Origin: Camelus dromedarius
Lineage: Eukaryota
Length of the DNA stretch: 64,000 nt
Assembly (NCBI RefSeq): GCF_036321535.1
Contig: NC_087436.1
Location: forward strand, 52,392,001 to 52,456,000
Direction: 5' to 3'
Part shown: positions 26,418 to 39,094 of the stretch, piece by piece
How the letters are laid out: each line of letters opens with the position of its first letter
Numbering within the stretch: position 1 is the stretch's first letter
Position numbers and translations under genes: made by a program
The notes under the pieces: model-generated
What the model saw: only the letters and a program-made list of their open reading frames with translations
Told to the model about the DNA's origin: nothing
The model's database searches: none

Positions 26418-27856
26418 AATGTATGTATAATTCATACATAAAAAAGCAAATTTTGGGATTACCAAAGATTGCTCAATTTTTTCCACTAATAGAAATGTGT
26501 ACTCCAAAGTACTAATCTTGGATATTAAAACTGGAAGGATATTTTTCATTTGAAAAACCAGGATATGAGAGTTGACCACTGCCCACAGATATTATCTTTT
26601 TAAAGAAAAAAATGTGTCTTATTTTTTCTTGAGACTTCCCTAACCTAGATGCTGCCTGTACTGCTCTACTGACTGAGATTTTAAAAAGACTTAAATACAA
26701 ACGGAAAATAAAAGAGAACTAATTGAAAACACATAACTGTCTACCACCTACAACCCACCATCACCATTACAACCATAACAAACATAAAAGCAAATCAGGC
26801 ATTTAAATGTCAGATTTCTGGTATGATCAATGCTCCCATTCCTAAAAAATTCTAGACGCTGTGCTAGCCACACTTTATCTTATAAGATAATCACAGTCCA
26901 TTACAAAACACTTACACATGCACTTCTTAAGCACTTTAAGTTTCTTTAATATCTCCATGTGGTATGCTCAGCTTAAATCCTGATATACTGGAGCTAAGGA
27001 TAACCATGTTGTCACCTTTATAATTAATACCCCCCAAAATTAATTTTGCCTTTGTTACTTGCTAAGTACCTGCCAGTGAGTTCTGGTTTCTTGTCTGAAG
27101 AATGTAATTGGAAGGATCATGCTGTTGACACACAATCACCATGGATGACAGTGGCTGGGGATTCACCATATAAGGCAGGAAGTGATAGTGTTCTCATTAT
27201 TATTAAGCCATCTTCAGTAACGCTTTAACAATAAGTGTAGTAGTCATAACAAATTCTATGTATAAATAAGAGAAAATATATTTATGTTGTTGGGATAAGA
27301 GATGTGATAAGTATTGTAGGTCCAAAGAAAGAAGTAACAAAGAAATGAACAGTAAAAAAACAGGATATGTTTGGAAGCCTGAGTACTCTGATCTGTCTGT
27401 AACACATGATGTTCAGAGGGAGCAGTGGCAAACAAGGCTGATAGACATGGAGGAAATATATTTCCTTGATTCTTATTTGTCATGGCAAGGGATTATGATG
27501 ATTTTTATAGGCCCATGGTCCCCAGCTTTGTGTAGAGGATTCTGTCCCAGCATAGGCGTTGATACCCTGGTGACAGTCCTCACCGGGTTCCACTTTCTCA
27601 TGCCTACAAACTTCAATTACTATTAAGTATTTCCTTCCTGGTTCAGAACTAAAATTCAGAAAGAATTATGTTTCTTTGTTTTGATCAATTTCATGCAACG
27701 GGAGCAGAGAGGGGAGTTTCAGTGTAAACTCAATCTGCCATCTTGATTCAGAAGTCCCTGAAATTGTTCTTTTCACAACAGCAGTTAGTGTCATCTTTTT
27801 AGGTAATGTCATGTACATGTCAAAAACTGTCCACTTAATCCTCATATCCTACTTTT

Positions 27857-27883
27857 TTTTTTTAACATTTTTTTATTGACTTG
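27857..27883 (-). mobile_element. 27-nt retrotransposed insertion (extreme 5'-truncated L1 3' tail) with 12-bp TSD
   Basis: TATCCTACTTTT at 27845-27856 and 27884-27895. The insert reads CAAGTCAATAAAAAAATGTTAAAAAAA on the minus strand, and the right copy is followed by AA (TTTT/AA). Confidence 0.8.
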
Positions 27884-28029
27884 TATCCTACTTTTAATCT
27901 ATGATTTAAATACCCTACAATAGTTGTTCTCTTGTCTTTCTTTCTAAATATTTTTCATACCTACATGTTCTGGGCTCAGAAAATTTCTACTCAACTAGTC
28001 TTCCTTTCATTTATTACACTTACCAGCCT

Positions 28030-28325
28030 TTTTTCATCCAGATGTGTTACTTTGTTCTGAAAGTGCTTGTCCCTCAGACCTTCACATGACTGGCTGCTTC
28101 TGATTATTCTGAAGGATTTCTCCTGATTATTCTGTCTAATGTAGCACTGCTTTGTCATTCCCTATCAAATTATATTATAACATTCTTTATAGTACTTAAG
28201 AATATCTAAAAAAAATTATTCCTTTATTTTTAGCTCTATGAAAAGAGGGACCACATACTCTACCTTCAGTGGCTAGCCCATTGGAACATAATTTTGAACA
28301 AATGAGCTAATGAATGAATGATTGG
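28030..28325 (+). mobile_element. L2 3' end
   Basis: CCCTCAGACCTTCACATGACTGGCTGCTTC...TTGAACAAATGAGCTAATGAATGAATG. Confidence 0.65.
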
Positions 28326-28599
28326 GAAGGTAGTAAATAAAAATTTAGAAAATAAAGATTAGATTATATAAATGCAATAAATAGTACCTAAATTAGAAAA
28401 AGCATGCATTACTTATTTAGAATTCAACCCCAAATTAAGGAGATTTTATATTGTTTATTTAGAATTCAATCATTCAAAAATGATTTAGAGTAAACTTAAA
28501 TGATGGCAAGGAAAATAGAAATTGAAAGTAAAAGTAATTTTCAAGAAAGTGTCAGCCGTACGTGGCAGCTAGTTTAATGGGGCGGGGGACTATAATTTG

Positions 28600-28895
28600 G
28601 GTAAATTTTAAATACCGACTTTGAGTACTCAGTTCTCAGTATCAGGGAAGATAATTACGTCATTAAGAGAGACTGGGAAAATTATAAGCGAGCGTGTGTG
28701 TATGAGAAAATGCATTTAGTAGAGAATGCATTTGGCGTGACAGCTCAGCAGGACACCCAGGTGGAGATGTCCAGTGTGCAGCTGAAATTATGGGCTTGAA
28801 GGCTGGGGACACAGGTTTGGAAACACAGATCTGGGAATTATCCTCACAGAGGTGATAATTGAAGCTGCGGAAGCCCATGAGATCATGGAGAGCAT
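28600..28895 (-). mobile_element. L2 fragment (antisense)
   Basis: GGACACCCAGGTGGAGATGTCCAGTGTGCAGCTG...CAGAGGTGATAATTGAAGC...ATGAGATCA. Confidence 0.75.
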
Positions 28896-29989
28896 TTCAT
28901 CTTTACTCCTCCTCAACAGTCACAGAAATCATCCCTGTGGAAAGCTTTTTCCTGGGAATTTATAGGCCTTTCACGTGTGTCAATGAAAAAGGCTTTGATT
29001 TAAAATGAGAAATTGCCGACCTTTAGACACTGGCATGGGACAGCGACCTTCTTTTCCCAGCTATTTCATGAGTATGTTGCCTGTGATAAATGCTGGAGAA
29101 GCTACAACTCTGGGTTTAGGGAGTATGCAATACAGCATGCTAAGCCTATTTTTAAGTAGCACAGATCAAGAATCCAATAGAAAATAAGGAAAATTTCATT
29201 TTAATGTGAAAAGTAATGTTGATTTTAATTCATTTTGTGTGCAAAACGAATCTATCATGATTCAGATAGATTTTCGACAGTCAAGTTTTCTTATTGCCCA
29301 CGTGAGGACTCTCTTCACAATGTGTTTGGAAGCACATTCAGGAAGTCACATCATTCGGATATAATCACGCATCTGATTATCCTAATGTCTGAAATGAGAT
29401 GTTTTTCACTTCTCCTGAGGTCTGTTTGGATTTTAAACATAAAGGTATTTGGAAGAAGGGAGAAGAAAGCTTGAGTGCAACACAGGCTTTAGAAATGAAA
29501 TGAAGGAAGCATCAAATCTCTACTATTTGGTTTCTCAAAATCACAATTTAAACCGAGTGTTCCCATCTGTTTTGCTCGTGTTTTGTACTGACTGTCCGTC
29601 CCTGGCTGACACCTGTGTGACTCCTGCATGCTGATGTTAGCTGGCCTTTGGACATCTGGACTTTGTTATCTGTGACATTTCTTTCATACTTGACCTTTTG
29701 ACAGTGCATTTTTAAAAAGTGCCCTCTCTTTCAGTGAATATCCATAATCACTTCACAGGATAAACAGGCCTGAGAAATTTAAGTTTTCCTCCTAAATTCC
29801 AGTTTACAGCCTGTTAGAACTGTGATGTTATGGGCATTTTAAATCAATGAAACAGCTTCAGTACTTAGGAAGAGAGCTGAAAGTGACGTTAAGGTTTTAT
29901 ACGCATTGGGGAGGATATTGCTTTCCTAGTTTTGTAGATATGAATCATATCTGATATTTCAGATACTTAGGAGGATATTCTTAAGAAAA

Positions 29990-30545
29990 CAAAGGAAAAC
30001 CAGGTAGATATAATATGTTTAGACCTTCCAAGGGATTTTTCTAAAGCACCACATTAGGGAATTAAATAATTTTGACAAGTACATTGTGAGAAACAGATCA
30101 CTACTATGGATTTTAATAGTGGTTGTAAGAGAATACTTGTAACCCTGAAAAAAAAAGTAGTCAATATTTGTTCCAGATAGTTTCAGTTCATTGAGAGACC
30201 TGTCTTAAGGGTAGTGTTAATAACTTGTAAGGAAAAGTGAATAATGAGCTGTTAAAACACGTGCCTCCTTGACACTATGATCCACTCACTGCAAGTGGAA
30301 TCTGATTTTGATCAAATAGGAAACAACATAAAAATTTTAGATTATATTTTTTAAAAAGATAACAAGGAAACAAAATATACTTCTTAAAAATTTCTAGTTC
30401 TAAGATAATAGTGGATTCACAAAAGAGATCATACAGAGAATTTGTGTATGGCATTTTAATGATTAAAACTATAAATGATCATCTAGAATTCATGTCAGAT
30501 GGCCCTCAGATAGTTAAATGAAATTTAATATCAATGTAGTATATA
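29990..30545 (+). mobile_element. CR1/L3-type LINE reverse-transcriptase fossil
   Basis: Frame-shifted peptides VDIICLDLPRDFSKAPH, KY..RNRSLLWI, KVVN..SFSSLRDL and RWPSDS*MKFN occur in the order of the CR1 RT motifs VDxxYLDFxKAFDxVPH, WIxxWL, RVVxNG.FS and WxxxWQMxFN. Confidence 0.65.
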
Positions 30546-30656
30546 ATAGAGACAATGTTCTTGTGTGGCCTATTAAAATTGGAATCTAATTATGACTGTG
30601 TGATACAGGTTTAAGATAGATTTCTTACTTCAGGTCTACAGTGGAGATCTATTATT

Positions 30657-31065
30657 GTAGGCCTCCCATCCTTGGTAACATCACCTTGATTTCCTTTTGA
30701 GGAATTCTTTCTCCTGAATGGTCTGTTCTGTTAGTGGGATTGTCAATCAAAGTTTCACCCCAACCACCAGAGGTAGATATATGACCCAAGCCAGCCCAGT
30801 CAGACTCTCTTGAATAGAATGTGCCAGGATTGAAAATGCAGTCAGAGATCAGGCATCTCCGCTGTGGGTCATTGATAAAACTGCCAGTAAACTCCTGCTG
30901 TCCAGATTCCCCAGAGGTGCCCTAACTCCAGATCTTTCTATGGCCTGGTGTTTCAGCAGCCCTTTTGATTTGCAAAGTAACAGAATAACATTCTTGTAAA
31001 TTCTCTTTTTGCCTAAATTACACAAAGTTGTTCTCTACTGATTGCAACCAAAGACGAATACTGAT
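30657..31065 (+). mobile_element. ERVL-class solo LTR (LTR33-like)
   Basis: TG start, internal ATGACCCAAGCCAGCCCAGTCAGA, 3' end TTTTTGCCTAAATTA...TTGCAACCAAAGACGAATACTGATA. Confidence 0.65.
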
Positions 31066-31472
31066 AAAAATCAGTTTGTCTCTCCCTTTAATAATTAACA
31101 GTTTTTCTCATTAAATATTTTTCTCGTTATATAAGTCATGTGTCTCAGTGCAGAGAATATGAAAATGCACAAAATTTCACCAAAGTAGCCGCTGTTACTT
31201 TCGTATTTGCCTTATATTTTATGTCTAAGTGTGTGTGTCTATGTATGTTAAAGAAAATTGAGACTGTAGTTTAGTTTTCATTTTCTTGTTCCTGTTGGTC
31301 TTGCAACTTGGTTTAAGTCCTAAGAAATTTTCCAAAGAGCTATTCTTAAAATTTCTCTTACATCCTGTTCTTTGAATATGTTGAACTTGTTAAAATATAT
31401 CTGAAATACTGCTGGGAATAAGAATAAATAATGGTTTATTCTTAACTTCTTTGTATAAATGTAATTTACTTT

Positions 31473-31863
31473 TGTTATGGGCTGAATTATGTCTTTTCCA
31501 AATTTGTATGTTGAAGCCCTGACCCCCAGCACCTCAGAATGTGACTGTATTTAGAGATAGGGCTTTTACAAAGCTGACTAAATTAAGATGAGGGCATTAG
31601 GGTGGATCTTAATCTGACTGGTATCCTAATAAGAAGAGAAAATTTGGATACATAAAAAGGTGCCAGGAATGCATATGCACAGAGGACAGAATGTGTGAGT
31701 GCAACAAGAAGCTGGCCACGTACAAGACAAGGAGACAGTACTCAGGAGAAACCAAAACCTTGATCTTGGGCTTGTAGCCTCCGGAACTCTGAGAAGATAA
31801 GCCTCTATTGTTTAAACCACCCAGAGTGTAGTACTTTGTTATGGCATCCAAACAAATTCAACA
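31473..31863 (+). mobile_element. MaLR solo LTR (MLT1A/B-like, ~390 bp)
   Basis: TGTTATGGGCTGAATTATGT...ACCTCAGAATGTGACTGTATTTAGAGATAGGG...GTACTTTGTTATGGCA. Confidence 0.9.
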
Positions 31864-32037
31864 TCTGTGTGCAAAATGAGTCCCAGTGAACAGACTTATC
31901 ACACCTAGAAATGATAAGTAATTTCAATCATATAAGGTATTCAAAGTGTGGTTCAGACACAACCCTTCCCAATCTGCTTCAACTTCCATATGCCATAGAA
32001 TGGCCATCCTAGCCTCAAACTATATGAGAATTCAAAT

Positions 32038-32071
32038 TCTTCTTCCTACTTAAATCTTCTTCCTACTTAAA
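32038..32071. repeat. Perfect 17-bp tandem duplication (TCTTCTTCCTACTTAAA)x2
   Basis: Copies at 32038-32054 and 32055-32071. Confidence 0.9.
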
Positions 32072-33099
32072 TACTGGTCACATGTTGCTTAAGCTATCTT
32101 TACAATGGCTCTTGTATCTGAACTTACTTTTAAATGCAACAACCATACAGTACTTCTGGCAATCAATACCTTTCAACTGAAATAATATCAAAGCTTTAAA
32201 AGGTTCTCTCAGACAATTCCTTCCTGTGCTCTTTTAAATAGAAAGAAAACTAACTAAAGCATGATTGTGAATAACTCAGTGTACTCAAAAATCTCTATTT
32301 TTGTTAATTAGTTTTTCCACTAAAATAGCAATAAATCCTTTTTAGAGAAAATCAGAAGACGTGAAACACTACTATTCCTACAGGCAGAGTTAAATAGTAG
32401 TAGAGATTTTTCCTCAGATTTTTATTTTCTGCTTACATGATTGTGATCATGGTAATATAGTTGTACACAATACTTGTACATTTAATATAAAATTGCTTGT
32501 AAAAGCAGTACAAACTGTTAGGAAAATTAGAAAGATATTAAGAAACTGCAAAGAAAAAAAAAAGATAATAAAACCACTGAGAATTCTACTTTGCAAATGA
32601 TAGGTGATAAATACCAGTAAGTTTTTATGCATTCTCTAGCAATCTTTACTTTTTTTTTTCTTTATAGTTGAGGTCATGCATACAAATTTTAACTAGATTG
32701 AAATAGAAAGTCATTGCTCCTAGATAAAAATAAAGCAAGGAAGAGTTTATTGACAAATAATATCTACCAGTGGATTTTTTTAGACACCAATTAAATAGCA
32801 AAACGCATAGACAAAAATACTTGAGAAGTTCAGTATGATTTTTCAAAAGTACTGAAATTCATTATTGAGTTTCTCAGCCATAAAAATGGCTGTAAAAAAG
32901 CACTCTCCTTCAGACTTCATTTTTAAGGAAAGAGAAAAGAAGACTTTTGTTTATAATCTCCTAAACTGTGTCCTAAGAGTATAAATAATGGACTTTGTAG
33001 AGAAGGGCTGAATCAGAATAGAACCAGTAATTATTTAAATTTCTTCAAATATAGGAGAAACCTTTGTCAATTACTGAGTGAAAGAGATTTCATCTTGGT

Positions 33100-34430
33100 A
33101 ACAACAAACTGAAGAATTAGAACCAAATCCTCCTGCTGAGGACAACTAAAAGAGCTAGAGAAAAATGTTAAAATGAAAGCAAAAACAAAGAAACAAAATC
33201 CCTAAATACAAATAAACAAAATCTAACAATATAGTTACATTTGGCTATCTAAAATCTAGGAGAAGATTAAGCCAACTGAAACTAAGGAGAGGGCAAGAAA
33301 CTGGAGAAGAAAGCCTGGAACTCAAATCTCTTTTGCCCTGAAGTTCATTTATCCAACTGGAAGTAGTAGCTGTGAAACTGAACATAATTTTAGCAGCTTG
33401 GTAGGGTTCTGGGGTGGGGAGAGGAAAGGAAGACAAAAAAAGCCCAGAGTTCACTAAGGTAAGGATTTTAAACTACCCCCTAAACATCACTTTGAGATGA
33501 GACCCCACAGGGCTATACCGTCATAGTAAGGGAGGAGCTGAAGTGAAGAGCCTTTGTTCCTTTTGGTGACTGCAAACATAAAATTTAGACATAAGTTGAT
33601 CCTGAATTGGTACCCTCTGAAAGACCTGGTAAAAACCACGAAGATCCTTTCTAGAGGGATATATAAAATTATCCTCAGCCTTAAATTATTGCTTCAAATA
33701 ATTTTCCAAATAATTTGCTGTCAAGCATAACAAAATACATGGGGAAACAAGGCAGCCACTGTGAGTGAGAACCAGAAAAAAACAGGTAATAAAAATAAAC
33801 TCACAAGCACTTAAGCTATTAAAATTCTTTGACATAGACTGTAAAACAACTATGCTTCTTTTTTAAAAAAATAAATAAAATAGTTTGAAAATGTCTGCTA
33901 GGTATGCAAAATATGAGATATGACATAGCAAATTTGAAAAAAAAAAAACAACTAAAACTTGTAGAATTGAAAAAGATAATACCTGAAATTAAAAACTCAA
34001 TAAATGAATTTCACAGTAATTAAATTTAAGTAAACTTAGTTGAAGAAAGAATTAGTGAATTGCAAGTAAGTTTAGACAAATTATCTAGAATGCAGTTAAG
34101 GGAGGTAAAAATGATGGAAAAAACCAAAAACAAACAAACAAACAAACAAAAAGAGACAATGGAGGACATCGACTGTTGAAAAGCCTGACATACCTGGAAT
34201 TGGCATCCCATGGGGGAGATGTAAGAGAGAATGGGATAGAAACATTATTAAACAAAATAATAGCTTAAATTTCCAGATGTAATGGTCAACACCAATCAAC
34301 AGATTCAAGAAACAAAACATCTCGAGAATGATGAATAAAAACACATTCTTAATTGGAATGTAGTATCTGAATGTAGTATAACTACATACAATTATATTAT
34401 ACAATTCTTATAGCTCAGGAAAAAATCATT
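33100..34430 (+). mobile_element. Old L1 5' region / ORF1 remnant
   Basis: About 33965-34075 translates ELKKIIPEIKNSINEF...VEERISELQ, similar to the ORF1p coiled coil EIKNS.DG.NSRL..AEERISELE. The + strand is A-rich. The 5' boundary is uncertain. Confidence 0.7.
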
Positions 34431-34462
34431 TGAAAGTGTGATATAAGGTCTAAAATTAATAT

Positions 34463-34944
34463 TGTATGCAGCCTTGACATCTGAAACTGGGAGGGCCTCT
34501 AATGACCTAACCTCAATTTCACCTTCTCATTGTGCTCCTGCAGATAAGACCTCCCCAGCCAAACAACTGTCTTTATTACTGCAACCAGGCACAGTGCATG
34601 CTTATCCCTACCTAAGTAGTGGGCTTCAGTTTTCTGCCAGTCCGTGGAATTATTCAAACTAGCCAATTACATCCTTCCAAGGGAAGAAGAGGGCATCTCA
34701 TGCTGTAGTTACCACAAGAGGATGCCTTCCCCAGCCTCTGCTTGTTCACTCTGTCGTTGAGGGCAACCCCTGGGCAATCCTACTCGGCGTGAGGTGTGCT
34801 CCTCCGCCAGGCTGTGAGTGTATGTGACTAAAACCTACTGCTGATCTCATCTGTCCAGTGTCAGATGCCATGTATTCAGCCATACCCATAACCCTAGGGC
34901 AAGAATCTCTCCTTCATCAACAGAGTGGAGAGTCGATCAAAACA
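34463..34944 (+). mobile_element. ERV-type solo LTR, family uncertain
   Basis: GC-richer ~480-bp block bounded by TG...CA, with a degenerate poly(A)-signal region (GTGACTAAAACC). No clear TSD. Confidence 0.55.
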
Positions 34945-34949
34945 GTAAG

Positions 34950-35035
34950 CATGTGTCTGCTTATTGCTGTGTTCCTGGTACCTAGTATAATGTCTGGTGA
35001 TATCATCAGCTCAATAAACATTTGTTGAACAGAAA
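34950..35035 (+). mobile_element. L2 3' terminus
   Basis: TGCTGTGTTCCTGGTACCTAGTATAATGTCTGG...CTCAATAAACATTTGTTGAA. Confidence 0.75.
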
Positions 35036-35399
35036 AAAACAACAACTAAGTGAGCATCTACTTGTCAGAGTGTAACCCAACTGAATAAATTAGTTTGGAT
35101 CTAGAGTGAATAGAAAAGAAACTTTCAGTTTTTCTAACATCTTTACATTTTTTGAGATTTTAATGATTCATCTCCTGTTGAGTTAAAAGACAACTTCATG
35201 CATTTTTTTTCCGGAAAGACAATCTAACAGAGACTGTTGGTTGCCTACTTGAATCCTTTCCATGCCTCCCCATTGATCTTTTTTTCTTTTTTTTTTTTTT
35301 TTTTAACAAACACATGATTTTGTGCAGGCATCCATCCTTCTTGGTTTAAGTAAATTGTGGCACCCATATATTCCCTTTGCAAATAACCGGTTTATGAAG

Positions 35400-35756
35400 G
35401 AAGAACAAAGCACACATGACCTAATTCTGGTCAACAAATGTGTAAGTATGCTCAGAACCTTCTGGGAGATGATTCTGTGCCTGTAATAGATACACAGGGA
35501 ACAATAACTTCTCGTCTTTTTTACCTGGTACACAAGTTTTGTGACTAAGATGGAAATTAGGCTATGAATAAGATAGAACAGCCATAGAGAAAATGGAAAG
35601 GATTTGAGTCCCTAATGTTACGGAGATGCTGAATTATCCAATTTAAGATTTACCATACTTCTAGATATTTTATTATTATACTACCCAATACTGTCGAGTT
35701 TTGTTGCTATAGTTATTGTTGACATTACTTGCAGCCAAAAGCATCCAAGTAATACA
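35400..35756 (+). mobile_element. Old MaLR LTR (MLT1-type)
   Basis: CACACATGACCTAATTCTGGTCAA, with end TTACTTGCAGCCAAAAGCATCCAAGTAATACA. Confidence 0.65.
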
Positions 35757-36245
35757 TGTGATTTACATGTTATATTTTGTAAATATATCTTGAATATGGT
35801 AGAATGTTTTATATTGTTATAGTATATAAAAGATAACTGTTAGACTAATTAGCAAAAAACATGCTTTTTAAAAAGTCCCAGATTCTGTAGGTGGTGATCC
35901 GTTGTCCTCTGATAACTGATACTCTTAGAATTCTGAAATCAATCTGATTTCCATTCACTCGTGAGGAAATAGAATCTTTTTTCTTTTCCTAAGGACTTGA
36001 GAATATTTGTCTTCTACATTTAAAATTTTGCTAGAATATTTTAGTTGGATTTTAATTCCAAATGTTTTGCTATGAATTTAGTTATCCTTTTAAAATTGTG
36101 TAGGATTTTAAAAAAAAAAATTCAGGATAGTTTTTATTACTTTATTTTGTCTTTACGTATTGTTTCTGTCCCAGTTTTCCTAGTGTCTTCTTAAAGAATG
36201 CCGACAATTGTTAGGTTAAATTTACAATCTCCATCCCATATTCAC

Positions 36246-36530
36246 TGTAGTAGACACCTTTGGTATCCTCACCAGGTTCCCTTTACTAGATGCTGTACCA
36301 ATTCCCATCTGCTGTGAGTATTGACTGCTAATAGCTAACAACTGTCTCTTTCTCTTAGATCAACTTTGGCTCACCAAGGAAAGCACAGGATCCTATTTGG
36401 GAATACAAAAGTCCAGTCCCTTTGTTTTGGGGTGGGACACCTATCATTTACCTTACAGATTTCCCTGTAGGATGCGCTGAACTTAATCTGAACTAACCTC
36501 TTTGGCGGCTTCCTCCACTTCATTTTGTTG
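36246..36530 (+). mobile_element. ERVL LTR fragment (LTR16-like)
   Basis: TGTAGTAGACACC...GGTTCCCTTTAC...CTGCTGTGAGTATTGACTGCTAATAGCT. Confidence 0.5.
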
Positions 36531-36728
36531 TGCATGTCTCCTTTCCTCTTATAAGGACATATATTGGATCTGGTGTTCACCGTATCTCAATATGACCTTG
36601 CATTAACTTAGCTAATTATATCTGCAACAACTCTATTAAGGTTGTTGCAAATAAGGTCACATTCTGAGGTACTGGAGGTTAAGGCTTTAATATATATTTT
36701 TGGAGGACACAAACTTATTCTAATATCA
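36530..36728 (-). mobile_element. MLT1 LTR fragment (antisense)
   Basis: CTCTTATAAGGACA...CAAATAAGGTCACATTCTGAGGTACTGGAGGTTAAGGCTT...GGAGGACACAA. Confidence 0.8.
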
Positions 36729-37554
36729 GAATTCTAAATGTGATTCTCTTGGCCTAGAATTTGAATTTTTTCCTGATCCACAATGCTTAGCTCTCTGACA
36801 CTTTAAAATCCTGAAGACATGAAAACCTGCAATTCATTTTTGTGTACCATATTTGCTGTTCTAAAAGCGAATCCTCTTTCTGTCCTGACCCGTGGAGATT
36901 TAATTGGGAGATCTATATCTCTCATGTTGAAATGAAATACCACCACTTTCTTTTTCATTTACTTCTTGAGAAGTGGAGTTTTTCCCCAAAGGTGCAGGAA
37001 GTATTAATAAGGGAACAGGATGAAACAAGGAAGACTAGATGGTTCAAAAAGGCTTTGGAAAAGCAACATCTATGAGATTGTTTCCACGTTGTTGAAGACG
37101 TGTTTTTAAACATGAGGGGGAGATGGGGATAGGGAAAACGACTTCCAGGTAGATAGACCAGATCTTTCCCGAAGAATAAGAGGCCTCCCAATTATTGTGC
37201 TTTCCAATTTATATCCATCTGCTTTATCACTATTGATAGTCTTTTCCCCACATTATAAAGAAACTGAGAGGAAATTGACTCTCAGTCCTTGTTTTTGGAA
37301 TAGATATGACTTTTTACTTTTTTCTTAGTATCTATACAAGCCTATAGGGTGTACTATTTTTGAAACAAGAAGCATTATAAATTTAAATGACACTCCTTGC
37401 TTACCAAGTTAAATCATGACTCCTTAGCAGTGTGTGATGAAAGAGACTTCCTGACATGGCTTCAAACTACTTTTCTACTCATGTTGTCTAATATCCCTAC
37501 ACCAACCTGACAGGAGAGCTTACTTCTGAAGCCAAAGGCATGGAGAAATCCTGA

Positions 37555-37780
37555 ATAATTCATAACATTTGCCATGCACTAAGTAAGGCACTTTACATAC
37601 ATTATTTCAATTAATCCTCAAACCAGCCTGATGAGAAAAGTATTATCCTCATTAAACAGATCATGAAAATGAGCACAGAGAAATCAAGTCATTAATTAGG
37701 GCCCTATAGTCAGTAATAAATGAGGTAGAATTTTCCCCTTTACTTTGTTGAATTCCAAAGCCAATGATATTATCCACAAA
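37555..37780 (-). mobile_element. MIR SINE (antisense)
   Basis: GCACTTTACATACATTATTTCAATTAATCCTCAAACCAGCCTGATGAG...ATTATCCTCATT...TGAGCACAGAGAAATCAAGT. Confidence 0.8.
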
Positions 37781-37877
37781 TTATATTTTCCCGCAATTTT
37801 GGGAAACCGAAAAAACATGGTAACTCACAAAAGCAAGCTAGCTTTGATATTCTAAGATCTGTTTTGTGGAAAGGAAG

Positions 37878-38377
37878 TATATTTGTTTCCAATTGCTGTT
37901 GTATCAAATTAGCATAAACATGGTAGCTTAAAACTACACAAGTACACTGTCTTATAGTTGTTGAAGTCAGAATTCAGAAAAGGATTTCATCGATCTAAAA
38001 TCAAAGTGACAATAGAGCTGCATTCCTTCTGGAGATTCTATGGTGAAATTTATTTCCCTGCCTTCCCCAGATTCTAGAGGTCACTTGCATTCCTTGGCTT
38101 GTGACTCCACTCCATCCTCAAAACCAGCAATAACTGGTCGAGTCTTTCTCATGCTGCATCACTCTGACACCAACTCTCCTTTCTCCTTCTTTGACTTACA
38201 AGGACCTTTGTGATTACATTGGGCCCATCTGGATAATCCAGGATAATCTCCCCTATCTCAAGGTCAGATAATTATATCTTCAATATTAATTGCCCTTTGA
38301 CATGTAAAAACACATATTTGAAGATTCTATGGATTAGGATTTGGACATCTTTATGGGACGATTATTCTGCCTGTCAC
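37878..38377 (-). mobile_element. MaLR solo LTR (MLT1D-like, ~500 bp, antisense)
   Basis: ATTGCTGTTGTATCAAATTA...GATTACATTGGGCCCATCTGGATAATCCAGGATAATCTCCCC...ATTATTCTGCCTGTCACA. Confidence 0.88.
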
Positions 38378-39094
38378 AAGACAGGTAAGTGCCATTACAG
38401 TGGTGCTCCTCAGAGCTTGGCGTCATGACAGTCACTAATCTATTTGGAGTAGGACTCTTCCAGCAAATGTTGGTTGAAGGAAAGGGGTCCAGTTTCTTGT
38501 TGAAAATCCAACAAAAATTGTATAAGGTATCTGACTCCCAGACAAGTTCATTAGGATTCAGGAAAGGATTCAAAACATAGCAGTGGAGATGAATTACAAA
38601 GCAGGAGACCAAGACAAAAGTCTTGTTATAAGCTTAGGTCAAGGAGATGAGAGAAGGCTGCTCTAGACAGGGACCCACAGCTCATTATTCCAAGCAACTT
38701 GACTCAAGGCAACAATACCAGTTCCCTACCCCGACTTCTGCTGGAAATAGTACTGTTAATATTTGTTCACATTTAGTCAGGGTAACCTCAGGAAGTAGAT
38801 GTTATGGAGCCTTTGGAAGGAAGCATCAATGCTTATAGCCGACAGAAGGTAAAAGCTGGCATCTTCTTCCATTTAGAATGCTATCTATCCATGAAGGTCA
38901 ACTGCAAAGGCCACTTCTACTCTGAATCTTTCTAATTCTCTCATCAGGAATCATCTCTCCTTGGACTGCCAAGGTACTTTGTATGTATATCCCTATAGCA
39001 TTCATGACCCTCGATCTTTTGCCCATTACAGTGGGTATTTGTGAATGCATATACCATTTAGCTGGATATGTTAGCTTCCTAGAGCTGCCTGGAA

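Noticed and set aside
35279..35304. Poly(T) tract as a solo poly(A) retroinsertion
   Set aside because: No flanking TSD or element body found; simple homopolymer expansion is sufficient.
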